Source of the DNA: Fibrobacteria bacterium
GTDB taxonomy: Bacteria; Fibrobacterota; Chitinivibrionia; Chitinivibrionales; FEN-1185
Assembly: GCA_037447435.1 (NCBI GenBank)
Contig: JBBIGR010000051.1
Coordinates: 1 to 31,236, forward strand
Direction: 5' to 3'
DNA: 31,236 nt
Positions 17,231-26,383 of the stretch are shown piece after piece; positions within the stretch are counted from its first letter, which is position 1, and every line of letters starts with the position of its first letter. A model generated the notes under the pieces. The model saw only the letters and a list, made by a program, of their open reading frames with translations, was not told the DNA's origin and did not search any database. A program made the translations under genes and the position numbers.

Positions 17231-18601
17231 GTGAAGAATTACGATATGGAAAATTTCTCGCAAAAACAAAGCCTCGGCAAAATCGACATCGGTTCCCCGC
17301 TTATCCGTACGGCGTTGCTGTTTAGCCTGACCGACGGTATTTTTGCAAGCGTCATGACTGCGCTGGCGGAAACATTTTCCATCGCGGCAGCAGTAAAACT
17401 TTCGGCTCCGGCAATGACCATCGCACTTCTGGGCAGCGCACCGCTTTTAATCGGCAGCGTCGGGCAGTTTTTCCTTCCCCTGTTTCTTCGACAAGGCCAA
17501 ACAAGAAAACATTATGTCGTTGCAAGCGTCCGCATTCAGGCGATGTTCCTGTTGCTCGCAGGGTTCACGGGATGGCTTCCCAAGCCGTTCGATTCATGGG
17601 CATATGTTTTAGCGTTTGTCCTATATGGATCGTCCGGAAATTTATTTGCGGGAATATGGACATCATGGATACGGGATTTGGTGCCGCAGCCGATTCGCGG
17701 AAGGCATTTCGCCTGGCGCAATCGTTTCTTTTCGCTCACGCAAATGGTTTGCGCGGTTACTGCGGGGATTATTTCCCGCAAATACAGTTCCGCCACTGCA
17801 CCATGGATTTTTTTTACGGTCATATTTTTTATCGGTAGCGTATGCCGGTTTATTTCCGCGCAATGCATTTCCATGCAATATGAACCTCTTACCGTACGGT
17901 TTCCGACAAAATCCCAGGTTTGGCATTTTAGGCCATCGAGAAATTTCGTTTGGTTTTGTCTTTCGGTAGCACTTTTCCAGGGAGCGACCGCGCTTTCGGG
18001 CCCGTTTTTTAATGTTTGGTTTTTGCGGGAGCTTAAATTCGACTACCTGACATTTACAATCGCAACTGCCAGCATGATAGCGGGAACAATCCTGTTTTTG
18101 CCCGTGTGGGGAAACCTTATCGACACCATCGGCACGTCGCGCGTGTTGCACCTTACCGGCCTCATGTGTACGTTTGTACCCGTGCCGTATTTATTTTGGG
18201 GGAACCCGATCAGCGTTTGGCTATCGAATTTTTATTCCGGATTATCGTGGGGTGGTTTCAACGTCGCAAATTTCAATTATCTTTTGCGGACAACCGAAAA
18301 AGAGAAATCGGACCATTACATCGCTTTTGCCTCCGCCGTTACTGCAATATGTCAATTCACCTTCAGCCTTCTCGGCGGTTTTCTTTCAACGCGACTTCCC
18401 GTCTTGTTCACCTATCAATTACAAACGCTTTTCTTCGTTTCGATGATCGCGCGATTGGCGGTGATCACGGTGTTTTTCGGGAAATTTTCCCAACCCGCAA
18501 TGCGGGTCGATTGCGAATCGATCGTTTTGGTCAATGGAGCGACGGGCAAGAAATCCTTTTTCATTGTTTTAAAGTCGATCATCCGTTCACTACGGAAATG
18601 A
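17231..18601 (+). CDS. MFS transporter
   Basis: About 12 hydrophobic segments; WTSWIRDLVPQPIRGRHFAWRN, WGNLIDTIG. Confidence 0.88.
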   Translation: MKNYDMENFSQKQSLGKIDIGSPLIRTALLFSLTDGIFASVMTALAETFSIAAAVKLSAPAMTIALLGSAPLLIGSVGQFFLPLFLRQGQTRKHYVVASVRIQAMFLLLAGFTGWLPKPFDSWAYVLAFVLYGSSGNLFAGIWTSWIRDLVPQPIRGRHFAWRNRFFSLTQMVCAVTAGIISRKYSSATAPWIFFTVIFFIGSVCRFISAQCISMQYEPLTVRFPTKSQVWHFRPSRNFVWFCLSVALFQGATALSGPFFNVWFLRELKFDYLTFTIATASMIAGTILFLPVWGNLIDTIGTSRVLHLTGLMCTFVPVPYLFWGNPISVWLSNFYSGLSWGGFNVANFNYLLRTTEKEKSDHYIAFASAVTAICQFTFSLLGGFLSTRLPVLFTYQLQTLFFVSMIARLAVITVFFGKFSQPAMRVDCESIVLVNGATGKKSFFIVLKSIIRSLRK

Positions 18602-18617
18602 ACGCCCCGGTCCCGGT

Positions 18618-19010
18618 TCATTTTGAATAATATCGTTTCATGGGTTCAAAATAAAAATCTTTCCACCCTTTTTTATACTCGGCAACTTGATCTTGGGGAA
18701 TTTCAAAATGCCGTAACGTCAATTTTGTCCCCGCAGAAGCCTTTTCAAAGAAGATTTCGATTTTCGAATCGGGACTTTCTTCGGGAAATTCGGTGGTCCT
18801 CCAGGACTGAAGTATCCTTTTGCCGGGTTCAATTTCCAATGTCGTTCCGCTAATATAGCCTTCCCATGCGGTGAATTTTCCACCGACCTTAGGATTGATT
18901 TTAGCGGGGCTACCGGTAAATTTGGAATGTTCCTTGCTATCAAGCCACGCTTTGAACAACACGTCGAGTTTGACATTTAATACTACCGACAAGGAGAATT
19001 CATTCTTCAT
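18618..19010 (-). CDS. SRPBCC/AHSA1 domain protein
   Basis: AWLDSKEH, VGGKFTAWEGYISG, RILQSWR, GWKDFYFEPMK. Confidence 0.9.
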   Translation of the reverse strand: MKNEFSLSVVLNVKLDVLFKAWLDSKEHSKFTGSPAKINPKVGGKFTAWEGYISGTTLEIEPGKRILQSWRTTEFPEESPDSKIEIFFEKASAGTKLTLRHFEIPQDQVAEYKKGWKDFYFEPMKRYYSK

Positions 19011-19091
19011 AATGCACCCTTTGGGGAAAAATTGCTAATCCGACCGATCCGTTGCTTGGTAAAAATACACAGCCGGATGCCGAAATACCAA

Positions 19092-19124
19092 CGACATGCG
19101 TGAAAAAAAATTCCACGCATGTCG
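19092..19124 (-). terminator. Hairpin, probable terminator of the lipoprotein gene
   Basis: CGACATGCGTG-N11-CACGCATGTCG perfect 11-bp stem 20 bp after the stop; weak U tract. Confidence 0.6.
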
Positions 19125-19144
19125 GAGGCTAAACAGTTGTCCGC

Positions 19145-19888
19145 TTATTGAACTTCCGCACCGGTTTGCACGTGAATGGTAAATACGACGGTTTTATTAT
19201 CGCTTTTTCGGGTAACCGTTGCAGTGGCATTGCCGTTACCGGTAAATACGATGTCTATTGTCCTGAGTACGCGCACCATATCTATAGTCCCGCTCGAAGG
19301 GAACTGCAAATGCGGATGGCTTGTTGCAATCCATCGACGATTGACATTAGAAATGGTAGTGGACCTGAAAACATCTCCGTTAAATGCGCCTGTTCCCGAA
19401 CCGTTGAAAACAAACACCGTATCGGACGGCGTTTTGTTGATAGCGACATTCATTTCCCAACGGAAATCAAATGTATTTGTAAATTTTGTCGTTGTGCTGC
19501 GTACATGCTTATAGGTTGATACGGTTGCCACTAAAGGCGTTTTCACCGCTGCACCGCCGGCATCTTTAAACCACACCGTATCTAATCGAACATATGTCCC
19601 GGTTTGATATGTTGCTTCGGCAGACCGCGTCCAATATCCGTTTGTCTGGTCATAGTTCCACGGAATGATAATTTTTTCAACAGTGACCGTTTCAACCGCA
19701 GCCTTAGCAGTACCTGAAGGCGACATCAGGTCTTCGACAACATTGCCCATATTATTTGTTTCCGCAGCAGTTAGTCCGCCGCTGCCGTCCATCGCATCGT
19801 TAAAGGGTTCGCTGGGATTATTGATTTTACATCCTGACAATGCGGCCATACATAAGGCACCTGCAATTAAAAAGGTAAATACTTTCAT
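19145..19888 (-). CDS. Hypothetical beta-rich lipoprotein
   Basis: AAGGAGA RBS; lipobox LSGC; Thr/Asn-rich beta strands. Confidence 0.8.
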   Translation of the reverse strand: MKVFTFLIAGALCMAALSGCKINNPSEPFNDAMDGSGGLTAAETNNMGNVVEDLMSPSGTAKAAVETVTVEKIIIPWNYDQTNGYWTRSAEATYQTGTYVRLDTVWFKDAGGAAVKTPLVATVSTYKHVRSTTTKFTNTFDFRWEMNVAINKTPSDTVFVFNGSGTGAFNGDVFRSTTISNVNRRWIATSHPHLQFPSSGTIDMVRVLRTIDIVFTGNGNATATVTRKSDNKTVVFTIHVQTGAEVQ

Positions 19889-19964
19889 TTTTTCTCCTTT
19901 GAAAAAGTTGATATGTAGTGTTAACGCTTTTTATCACGCTGTTTTCGTTTCGATTCATTGATTA

Positions 19965-19980
19965 TGCAAAGCATGTACCA
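19965..19980 (-). promoter_or_regulatory. Sigma54 (-24/-12) promoter
   Basis: Minus strand TGGTACATGCTTTGCA: GG-N10-GC, close to TGGCACG-N4-TTGCW, 77 bp upstream of the lipoprotein ATG. Confidence 0.75.
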
Positions 19981-20055
19981 ATCGAAATTACAAGCCATAA
20001 GTTATTAATTTATAACAATATTTATATTATTATTGCCAAGGGTTTCTAAAACAAC

Positions 20056-20117
20056 TATCAATGGTGATACGCATATAAAATTGATTTGTATCGTTTTTGA
20101 TACAATCAATTTTATAT
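20056..20117. promoter_or_regulatory. Paired palindromic sites TATC-N6-GATAC, probable enhancer-binding-protein UAS
   Basis: TATC-AATGGT-GATAC (20056-20070) and TGTATC-GTTTTT-GATACA (20087-20104), the latter inside a ~19-bp inverted repeat 20073-20117. Confidence 0.6.
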
Positions 20118-20325
20118 TTTCTTTTGCCTACCTAAAAACGAATTTAATTAAGAGCATTATGTGTATTATACATAAATAAGATTTTGTTATTAATAGCATT
20201 TTAAATAGTATTCTTAATATTTTGAATTTACGAGCCTTTGATTTTCTTTCCAATTAATTACAGAACCTAATCTGACCATGGAACCTTGCCATGGTACTTT
20301 TTCATTTAATAAAGGGGTATTTCCC

Positions 20326-22268
20326 ATGCAAAAGCCTGCAGTGAAAGTGGCGTTTCTAATAATTGCCGGTATCGGATTGCTATTGCACAGCGTTTATGCG
20401 CAAACCTATCATTCAGCCGTCAACGCATTTTTCAACAGCAGCGATAAATTCGTCCAAGATACGGTTATACCGAATATCGAAAAATATCGTAAAGGCGATT
20501 TTAAGATCAAGGTCCTTGACGCATCAGGAAATGCCGACGCAGGAGCAACGGTGAGCGTGTCTCTTAAAAAGCATTTTTTCAATTTTGGTGCAGGACTTCC
20601 GACCCGCGATACTGCCGATAAAACAAGCGCCAATTATTACAAGCGCACGAAATTATGGGCGGACGTATTCAACTTCTCGATGTGCCCATCGTCGATGAAG
20701 TGGGCATCGGTTGAGGACAAACGCGGCGTCTATGACTGGAGCAAATTCGACCGGGACCTTGACACGCTTCTTTCCTACAAGACGGTTATCATGCAACATT
20801 TCCTAACCGGATACCATCCCGATTGGGTTGATTCCATGGACGACGGCACTGCCGGCAACACGGCAACCCTCGCCGCAGCCCAGCAGGCGTATGCAAAGGC
20901 CGTTGTTACGAAATACAAAAACAGAATAAATTATTTTCAGGTTTACAATGAAGACTGGGTAACACATCAAGCACGGGCAAAGGTTTACTTCGACCAAACT
21001 GCGTTCTTTTCCCAGCTCGTTCAACAGTTCCCCGGTGTAAAATTCGGAGTTGCCGACTGCTGGTACAACGACAACAGTCTGGCTTCCCGCCCCTTTCCGA
21101 CTCCCGCTTCCCTTAAGACCTTATATCCGGGTATTTCATTTATTGCATCGCATGGTCATCAGCCCCATACCGCATGGGTAAGCCCTCAGGACATTTACAG
21201 CGTGTACAAAAATTTTGTTGGAAGCGACATCAAAGTTCATATTTCGGAATTCGGCACGTACCTGGCGCGATTTCGAGCTCATATTATACGGGTCTTAAGC
21301 AGTGGAATGACACGAACATCGCGAAATATTATGTCCAGATGTATGCCACCTGTTTCAGCCATCCCGCTTTCGAGGCATTCAACATGATTCAATCCGGGCC
21401 CGATTCAGCTTCCCAATATGTCGGTACCATTATCCTCAACAAAGATCTTTCGCCAAAACCCGTATACCTGGCGCTTAAAAGCCTGATAAAAGACAAGTTG
21501 TCAACGCAAGCGAACGGCACTACCGCGGCAACAGGAGAATTTGCATTCCGGGGTTTTTACGGCGATTATGACGTCACCGTACAGCTTGCGGGGGGCCAGA
21601 CTATCACCCGGACCGTGTCACTGACACCGTCCTCGCTTTCTTCGAACAGCCAGATTGTTGTCGCAGGCGGTAAATCGTATCTCGTTGAAGCCGGTACCGC
21701 GCCTGACTTTGGACAAAGCATGGGCTCCACTTTGACAAGCATTTATTCCGACGGATTAAAGGCCGATGTCGGATTAAGCGACAAAAACGGCGCTTACCTC
21801 TATGCCGTACCGGCAGGATCTTTCGCGGCATTGTCGGGCTTACGCGCCGAGGACGTTATCCGAAGCATAAACGGCACGTCGGTCGGAAGCAAAGACGCAT
21901 TCGTCAACGCATACAATTCCATTGCCCAAGGATCCGGCGTATCGCTTTTACTATGGCGCTTAAAAGACACCGCAACAGTTACCTTTACAAAAAACGACGT
22001 CGTGCGCGTCGCGCCGGCGAATCTTGATAATACTGCAAACTCCTATTCGTACAATAACGGGCGGTTCACCGTTCGTATCGCTTCACCCTCGATTTTTGCG
22101 ATGGATGTGTTTTCATTGTCGGGCCGTCTGTGTGCGAGATACAAAGCCACTGCAGCCAGCGGCCCGTTTTCTATCGACCTTACAACGTTCGGCTTGACCC
22201 GCGGATTGTATATCGCGCATATCAATATGGCAGGAAAGAAAACGGTGAAGCAAATTACGCTGTGGTGA
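20326..22268 (+). pseudogene. GH10-like glycoside hydrolase - PDZ - T9SS-type CTD, split by one frameshift near 21256 (pseudogene or sequence error)
   Basis: Signal peptide; FNFGA, MKWASVE..GVYDWS, QVYNE, HISEFG in frame 1; continues in the -1 frame VPG...CFSHPA...PKPVY...FRGFYGDY, PDZ (GSFAALSGLRAEDVIRSING), CTD (VFSLSGR..GLYI). Confidence 0.85.
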
Positions 22269-22281
22269 TTATTTCATTGCA

Positions 22282-22319
22282 AGGGGTCTGCATTTGCGAT
22301 ATCACAAATGCGGACCCCT
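22282..22319. terminator. Long palindrome between convergent genes (bidirectional terminator/REP-like)
   Basis: AGGGGTCTGCATTTGCGAT|ATCACAAATGCGGACCCCT, 17 of 19 Watson-Crick pairs. Confidence 0.7.
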
Positions 22320-22325
22320 GCGAAA

Positions 22326-23441
22326 TTATTTTCGGCCGAATTGAATAAGGGATTCGATTTCCGGGGCAATTGATTCGAGCGGTAAGGATTTATCGGACAA
22401 CCCCGCTTCGTCGACCGCGCGCGGCATGCCGTATACGACGCACGACTGCTCGGTTTGCGTTATGCTGTAGCATCCTTTACGTTTCATAGTACGGACGCCG
22501 TTGCAGCCGTCGTTTCCCATGCCGGTAAGAATGGTTGACAAAATGCCCCGGTCGCCGTATACCGTTGCAACGGAGCGGAACAGAACATCGACAGACGGCC
22601 GGCAGCTATTCTCCGGCGGCGCATCATTAATGCCGATGACGACTTTGCCATCTTTACTTCGTACGACCATGTGATGTCCACCGGGGGCGATATACATGAT
22701 CCCCGGCAAAACGGCTTCATCTTCAACCGCTTCCACGACCCGAAATTTAGATTTTTTGGCCAAACTATCGGCCAATGACTTTGTAAACATAGGCGGCATA
22801 TGTTGCACACATAAAATGGGAACCGAAAGCGGTCCTTTAAATGCCGGAATAAGGCGGGACAACGCTTCGGGACCGCCCGTTGACACGCCGATAACGCAAA
22901 CCCCGAACGTCCGCGGCACGTTTGCGGCCGCTGCGGCGACCGGAGCAACAGGAGCAGCTTTAATGGCCACTTTCGTTTGCGAAGCCGCGGCTTGCACGGT
23001 CGGACCTGCTATCGGCGAGTGAATTGCCGTGGTCATTTGCTTAATTTGAATAAGCCGCAGCACCGACTGGATGTCGGCTTTTAAATGAAGTCGATTTGCT
23101 TCGGCATCCGGACTGTCGGGTTTGCGAATGAAATCGACCGCTCCGAGTTCGAGTGCTTCGATAGTCGTATCCGCACTGCGTGTAGAAATACCGCTGACCA
23201 TGACAACCGAGACTAAAGGAAAATCCTTTTTGATATGCTTGAGGGTTTCAACGCCGTCCATATCGGGCATATGGACATCAAGAAACACTACATGGATCGG
23301 TTCTGCCGCTATTTTTTTTAGCGCTATGGCGCCAGACGGAGCAGTGCCGGCCAATTCGATATCATGCATGTCTTTGAGAACATCGCCGAGAATTTTTCTG
23401 TACGTAATCGTATCGTCGACAACAAGAGCTCTCAGTGGCAT
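22326..23441 (-). CDS. cheB: Chemotaxis response regulator protein-glutamate methylesterase
   Basis: REC (VVDD, LDVHMPDMDG, FIRKP) plus IGVSTGGP, VQHMP, RPSVDVLF, LTGMGNDG, VVYGMP. Confidence 0.97.
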   Translation of the reverse strand: MPLRALVVDDTITYRKILGDVLKDMHDIELAGTAPSGAIALKKIAAEPIHVVFLDVHMPDMDGVETLKHIKKDFPLVSVVMVSGISTRSADTTIEALELGAVDFIRKPDSPDAEANRLHLKADIQSVLRLIQIKQMTTAIHSPIAGPTVQAAASQTKVAIKAAPVAPVAAAAANVPRTFGVCVIGVSTGGPEALSRLIPAFKGPLSVPILCVQHMPPMFTKSLADSLAKKSKFRVVEAVEDEAVLPGIMYIAPGGHHMVVRSKDGKVVIGINDAPPENSCRPSVDVLFRSVATVYGDRGILSTILTGMGNDGCNGVRTMKRKGCYSITQTEQSCVVYGMPRAVDEAGLSDKSLPLESIAPEIESLIQFGRK

Positions 23442-23553
23442 ATTTTTTTCCGTGTTACTTGTCAACTAACCCCTGCCCGCCCTACCCCCTCACTCTATGC
23501 GGGAGAACATTTCGCGGCAAGACAGTTCAGTTGAGATATTTTTACTATAGTTA

Positions 23554-24024
23554 CTAAATCGACTTTGGTTCTGAAAAAGCAACGATCATCGTCAAATCTC
23601 CTATTTCCGATGAAAAGTAAACCTGAATCAGTGCGGGATGCCGGTGAAAACCGATTTCATGCCCTTTTCCGCGAATAACGTCCGGAAATGCCAAGGTCAC
23701 CGTAAAATCCTGAAGCGAAGCCTTTGCGTTTCCGGCTATCATATTGACAAGCTCACCCATGCCGTCCGCGACTTCCGAAGGCGACTCGACCGTTTCACCG
23801 GCGAGCCGATTGATGGCTTCCTGAGCGGTTTCTGCGGAAACCCGAAGAGCGCAATTGCCGACAATATCACCGGTAAATCCGATGACGCCCGACAAATCGT
23901 ATACCGCAGTATCTGGCCCATTCAATTCACGGATTGCCAACGAAACCATTGTCATCTTTTCGAATGTGAAAATTGCCGCTTCGGTAAAGGCGCGTTTCAC
24001 TTTTTCATACAATGCATCGGTCAT
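23554..24024 (-). CDS. cheX: CheX chemotaxis phosphatase
   Basis: LSGVIGFTGDIVG, DGMGELVNMIAGNAK (ExxN motif). Confidence 0.9.
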   Translation of the reverse strand: MTDALYEKVKRAFTEAAIFTFEKMTMVSLAIRELNGPDTAVYDLSGVIGFTGDIVGNCALRVSAETAQEAINRLAGETVESPSEVADGMGELVNMIAGNAKASLQDFTVTLAFPDVIRGKGHEIGFHRHPALIQVYFSSEIGDLTMIVAFSEPKSI

Positions 24025-24121
24025 AAAAACCTCTATGTGTTATCCCACCCGCTTCGCTGGTGGATTGCTTCAGCCGTGATTAGTATCTACGCAAAAAGCG
24101 CAGATAATTTATATATAATTG

Positions 24122-25132
24122 CTAACCGGTAACGGTCATACTGACAAGTACTGCCAAGGGCTGGCCGTCTACTTCGAATATGACGACAATGCACGGGGCA
24201 TTCCCCGGATGAGAAAGCTCATGGCCCTGACCGAAAACCACGGTGGGCAACCCAATTTGATGCGTATATTCCGTTGTGGACAGTGCGGCTTTCGCATTCC
24301 CCGCCACGATATTTACCACTTCGCCGATGCCCTCCTTTAATTCGTCTTTGGTAAGGTCTTCGGGCCTGCTCGACATGATCCGGGCAACGACTTCCCGCGC
24401 AAGTTTTTCTTCAAAGCAAACGACTACCTGACCTTCCACTTTACCGGTGAGCGACATGATTGCCGAAATATCGCCGAAAAGCCGATAGTTTTTCTTGAGA
24501 AACACGTCCCTTTTTTCCGCATGCAAACCTGCCATGGTTCCCAGCAAATCGACCGTGGCACTTATATAGGGATTAATGACTTTTGTAATGACCGGCATGC
24601 GGGTACCGACCGGGTCAAGCGCAGACAATACTTTTTTCTTGAGCTGTTCAGGGTTGCAGGGGAACACGACGGTTTCATTGGCGCCGTGGGAAATAAGGCT
24701 GCGCGCACGCGGCAAATCGGCATAGGACGTGACAACCAAAAGGGGAATGTCGCGAAATCGGCATTTCCGGCGGATCATGCGCACCGCTTCCACGTCCAGA
24801 TCCGTATTTGTTGTCAGTTGATATAAAATACAATCGGGATCAATCGGTTCAGCACAAGGAGTTTTAGCCGATTGAACCGGCGCCGGCGGCGCGTCCGGTG
24901 CTGAATTTGCCAGCATTGCCGCTACGGCATTTTTCGCATCGGCAAGACTGACGCCGGTTCCGCTCGCCGATGCTGCCTCCTGCCGAAACGACTGGGGTTC
25001 ATAGCAAAGGCATTTTTCTACTTCTTCTTTGGAAAGAGACTTGATCGGGTAGGCTACCGGTAATAAATTACGCAGGGTCCCTTCGAAAACCCTGCCGCAC
25101 CCCACCAGAGCAAACGTTGCAATTTTACTCAT
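24122..25132 (-). CDS. Pseudo-receiver domain - CheX fusion
   Basis: Degenerate REC (RDIPLLVVTS, GANETVVFPCN) then VINPYISA..., DISAIMSLTG, GIGEVVNIVAGNAK, IGLPTVV. Confidence 0.85.
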   Translation of the reverse strand: MSKIATFALVGCGRVFEGTLRNLLPVAYPIKSLSKEEVEKCLCYEPQSFRQEAASASGTGVSLADAKNAVAAMLANSAPDAPPAPVQSAKTPCAEPIDPDCILYQLTTNTDLDVEAVRMIRRKCRFRDIPLLVVTSYADLPRARSLISHGANETVVFPCNPEQLKKKVLSALDPVGTRMPVITKVINPYISATVDLLGTMAGLHAEKRDVFLKKNYRLFGDISAIMSLTGKVEGQVVVCFEEKLAREVVARIMSSRPEDLTKDELKEGIGEVVNIVAGNAKAALSTTEYTHQIGLPTVVFGQGHELSHPGNAPCIVVIFEVDGQPLAVLVSMTVTG

Positions 25133-26007
25133 AAGGAAAGCGACACGAAGACACCGCTTTGCGCGATACCTTCCTCGACCGCTTCCGCGATTTTATTCAA
25201 ATCATTGGTGTCGAGAGAAAGGTCGTGCCAGGCGCCGTCGCTTGACGTTTGAATTATTTCATCACCCGGCTCACCGATGCCGAGTGCCGAGCACGTGAAA
25301 TTCGCGACGTGGATGAGCTGTGCCATCCGTCGGAATTCTTCGGGGCATTGATCGGGCGCATGGTGCCATGCGACCGCATCGCACAGTTCTTCGGGCAACC
25401 GCCAGCGGTGAAGAAGCAACGAGCCGATTTCGCCGTGGTCTATTCCCAGGATTTCCCGTTCCAATTTGTATAGCATGAGCGGCTGTGACTTTCCCGCCTC
25501 CCTTACCGTTTTGTAGATATCGTTAAAAAAATTATCGAGAACCATGATGCCGACATCGTGGAACAGACCGGCGACATAGGCATTATGCGCCTTGGACTTG
25601 TCCATATCGACTTTTTGGGCAAAATATCGCATGACGATAGCGACTCCCACACTATGCTTCCAAAAATCCTTTAAATCTATGATTCCCGATGAGCCTTTGA
25701 AAAGCTGCATGCTTCCCACTGTCGTGCAAATCCGGCCCACTTCTTCGATCCCGAGGCGCGCAACCGCTTGCTTGACATCTCCGATACGGCCGAAACGGCC
25801 GCTATAGAATACCGAATTTGCGATTTTTAAAACCTTTGCGCTGAGTCCGAGGTCTTTTTCGATAATCGACCCGATGGATGCCGCACCAGATGCCGAATTT
25901 TCACCGCGCGAAAGCTGTTCCTGCACCTGTTGAACCGTACGATTCATGGACGGCAATTGCGTCATGCTTTCCAATCGTCCGATTATGCTTTCCCGAATTG
26001 AGGGCAT
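25129..26007 (-). CDS. HDOD domain protein
   Basis: LPSM, IEKDLGLSAKVLKIANS, FWKHS, AGLFHDVG, GIDHGEIG, WRLP..AVAWHH. Confidence 0.93.
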   Translation of the reverse strand: MPSIRESIIGRLESMTQLPSMNRTVQQVQEQLSRGENSASGAASIGSIIEKDLGLSAKVLKIANSVFYSGRFGRIGDVKQAVARLGIEEVGRICTTVGSMQLFKGSSGIIDLKDFWKHSVGVAIVMRYFAQKVDMDKSKAHNAYVAGLFHDVGIMVLDNFFNDIYKTVREAGKSQPLMLYKLEREILGIDHGEIGSLLLHRWRLPEELCDAVAWHHAPDQCPEEFRRMAQLIHVANFTCSALGIGEPGDEIIQTSSDGAWHDLSLDTNDLNKIAEAVEEGIAQSGVFVSLSL

Positions 26008-26008
26008 C

Positions 26009-26383
26009 TTATACTCCCATTCCGAGGCTTTGCATGATCTTTGCCATTAAATCCTCATGCGAAAACGGTTTCATCACGTAATTTTTTGCACCGTTGGAAA
26101 TCGCTTCTATGACCTTTGCACGCTCAACTTCGGTTGTCACCATCATCACCGGGATTCCTTTGAAGCGTTCATCGGACTTGACTTTTTTTAATACATCGAG
26201 ACCGTTCATTCGGGGCATGTTCCAATCGAGCAGGATAAGCCCGACGTCGGAATATTCCTTATCAAGAACTTCTATGGCTTCAACGCCGTCTTTGGCCTCC
26301 AAAAAGCCGAAGCCGAGAACCTCCACCGCATTTTTTATCACCTTTCGGATCATTACGGAGTCGTCTGCGGAAAGGATTTTCAT
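26009..26383 (-). CDS. cheY: CheY-like single-domain response regulator
   Basis: ADDS, LLDWNMPRMNG, MVTTE, YVMKPF; within the che cluster. Confidence 0.9.
   Translation of the reverse strand: MKILSADDSVMIRKVIKNAVEVLGFGFLEAKDGVEAIEVLDKEYSDVGLILLDWNMPRMNGLDVLKKVKSDERFKGIPVMMVTTEVERAKVIEAISNGAKNYVMKPFSHEDLMAKIMQSLGMGV

Noticed and set aside
21241..21387. Programmed frameshift or TGA readthrough in the GH10 gene
   Set aside because: No slippery heptamer or homopolymer; frame 1 loses GH10 character about 40 codons before its TGA
24052..24076. Small hairpin between REC-CheX and cheX as a riboswitch/ncRNA
   Set aside because: Short imperfect stem with no recognisable aptamer consensus
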